Shown here: one piece after another, positions 61,947 through 64,000 of the stretch
Position numbering within the stretch: position 1 is the stretch's first letter
Layout of the letters: each line of letters begins with the position of its first letter
Source: Alphaproteobacteria bacterium
GTDB lineage: Bacteria > Pseudomonadota > Alphaproteobacteria > CALKHQ01
DNA length: 64,000 nucleotides
Assembly: GCA_965227515.1 (NCBI GenBank)
Contig: CBDDFZ010000002.1
Span: 864,001-928,000 of the forward strand
Direction of reading: 5' to 3'
Translations under genes and position numbers: made by a program
The notes under the pieces: generated by a model
Told to the model about the DNA's origin: nothing
Seen by the model: the letters and a program-made list of their open reading frames with translations, nothing else
Databases searched by the model: none

Positions 61947-62729
61947 TTACCCCCGGCGGGCGACCATCATCTTCTTGATCTCGCCGATCGCCTTGGCCGG
62001 GTTCAGGCTCTTCGGGCACGTCTTGGTGCAGTTCATGATGGTGTGGCAGCGGTAGAGCCGGAACGGGTCTTCCAGCTCGTCCAGCCGCTCGCCCTTCGCC
62101 TCGTCGCGGCTGTCGGCCAGCCAGCGATAGCTCTGCAACAGCACCGCCGGGCCCAGATAGCGGTCCGAGTTCCACCAATAGCTGGGGCACGACGTGGTGC
62201 AGCAGAAGCAAAGGATGCACTCGTAGAGCCCGTCCAGCTTCTCCCGCTCCTCGTGGGACTGCAGGCGCTCGGTATCGGGCGGCGGCGGGGTCTGGGTGCG
62301 CATCCACGGCTTGACGGAGGCGTATTGCGCGTAGGCGTCGTTCAGGTCGGGCACCAGGTCCTTCACCACCTTCATGTGCGGCAGCGGATAGATCTTCACC
62401 TCGCCCTTCACGTCGTCGGTGTACTTGGTGCAGGCCAGCGTGTTGGTGCCGTCGATGTTCATGGCGCACGAGCCGCACACGCCCTCGCGGCACGAGCGGC
62501 GGAAGGTCAGGGTGGCGTCGATCTCGTTCTTGATCCAGATCAGCGCGTCCAGCACCATCGGCCCGCACTGCTCCATGTCCACCTCATAGGTGTCGATGCG
62601 CGGGTTCTCGCCGCCGTCGGGGCTCCAGCGATAGATCTTGTAGGTCTTGGTCTTGGTGGCGCCGGCCGGCTTGTCCCAAGTCTTGCCACGCTTGATCTTG
62701 GAATTCTTCGGCAGGGCGAATTCGGCCAT
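61947..62729 (-). CDS. sdhB: Succinate dehydrogenase iron-sulfur subunit
   Basis: [31 protein letters not shown]...CPK. Confidence 0.98.
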   Translation of the reverse strand: MAEFALPKNSKIKRGKTWDKPAGATKTKTYKIYRWSPDGGENPRIDTYEVDMEQCGPMVLDALIWIKNEIDATLTFRRSCREGVCGSCAMNIDGTNTLACTKYTDDVKGEVKIYPLPHMKVVKDLVPDLNDAYAQYASVKPWMRTQTPPPPDTERLQSHEEREKLDGLYECILCFCCTTSCPSYWWNSDRYLGPAVLLQSYRWLADSRDEAKGERLDELEDPFRLYRCHTIMNCTKTCPKSLNPAKAIGEIKKMMVARRG

Positions 62730-62908
62730 GGGGGACTCCCGGTTCGACGCGGTGCGATGCTGTCACCGATATAGCGGAGGCGGCGGCTTGAGGCCAGCAG
62801 GTGTGCTGGACAACGTGCCGCGCACCTTGAATTTCCGGCGCGCTGCCCGTAAATGTCACGCGCTCGGCGCCGTTGCCAGGGCGCGAGCATGTCACAGGAG
62901 ATGAAGAA

Positions 62909-63934
<1,026 letters not shown>

Positions 63935-64000
63935 GCGGCAGGCTCAGGCCGGCAGCCGGCAAATGGCGAAGGGGCGGGGACGCGGCGGTCCACCGCCCCA

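Overview
GC-rich alphaproteobacterial chromosome segment, Rhodospirillales-like by gene content and order; this assignment is an inference. The housekeeping backbone is rplT-pheS-pheT, priA/fsa/DUF484, cydAB plus DUF2474, a TRAP dctPQM operon, yccA, ybbAP/tesA, tas, thpR, cobB, a LonC-type protease, mdh-sucCDAB, an isolated sdhB and asd. Accessory genes and several families of REP-like palindromes are interspersed. The most notable items are: (1) a ~2.4 kb integrase-less islet flanked by 54-bp direct repeats inside the DUF2474 gene, carrying an AraC/XylS-TolB-TPR regulator, XylS-like operator repeats and a secreted HExxH protein; (2) a fused endonuclease-methyltransferase gene split by one in-frame TGA, divergent from a small leaderless gene with a sliding-clamp-like QADLF motif and followed by an alarmone-hydrolase-like HD gene; (3) a LapG-type protease coupled to a two-TM sensor with no cytoplasmic output; (4) a permuted papain-like (NlpC/P60) protein at the position usually held by lpdA; (5) a parS-like site; (6) sdhB detached from sdhCDA. 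No tRNA, rRNA, CRISPR array, transposase or integrase was recognised. All family calls come from motif recognition by eye, not from database searches.
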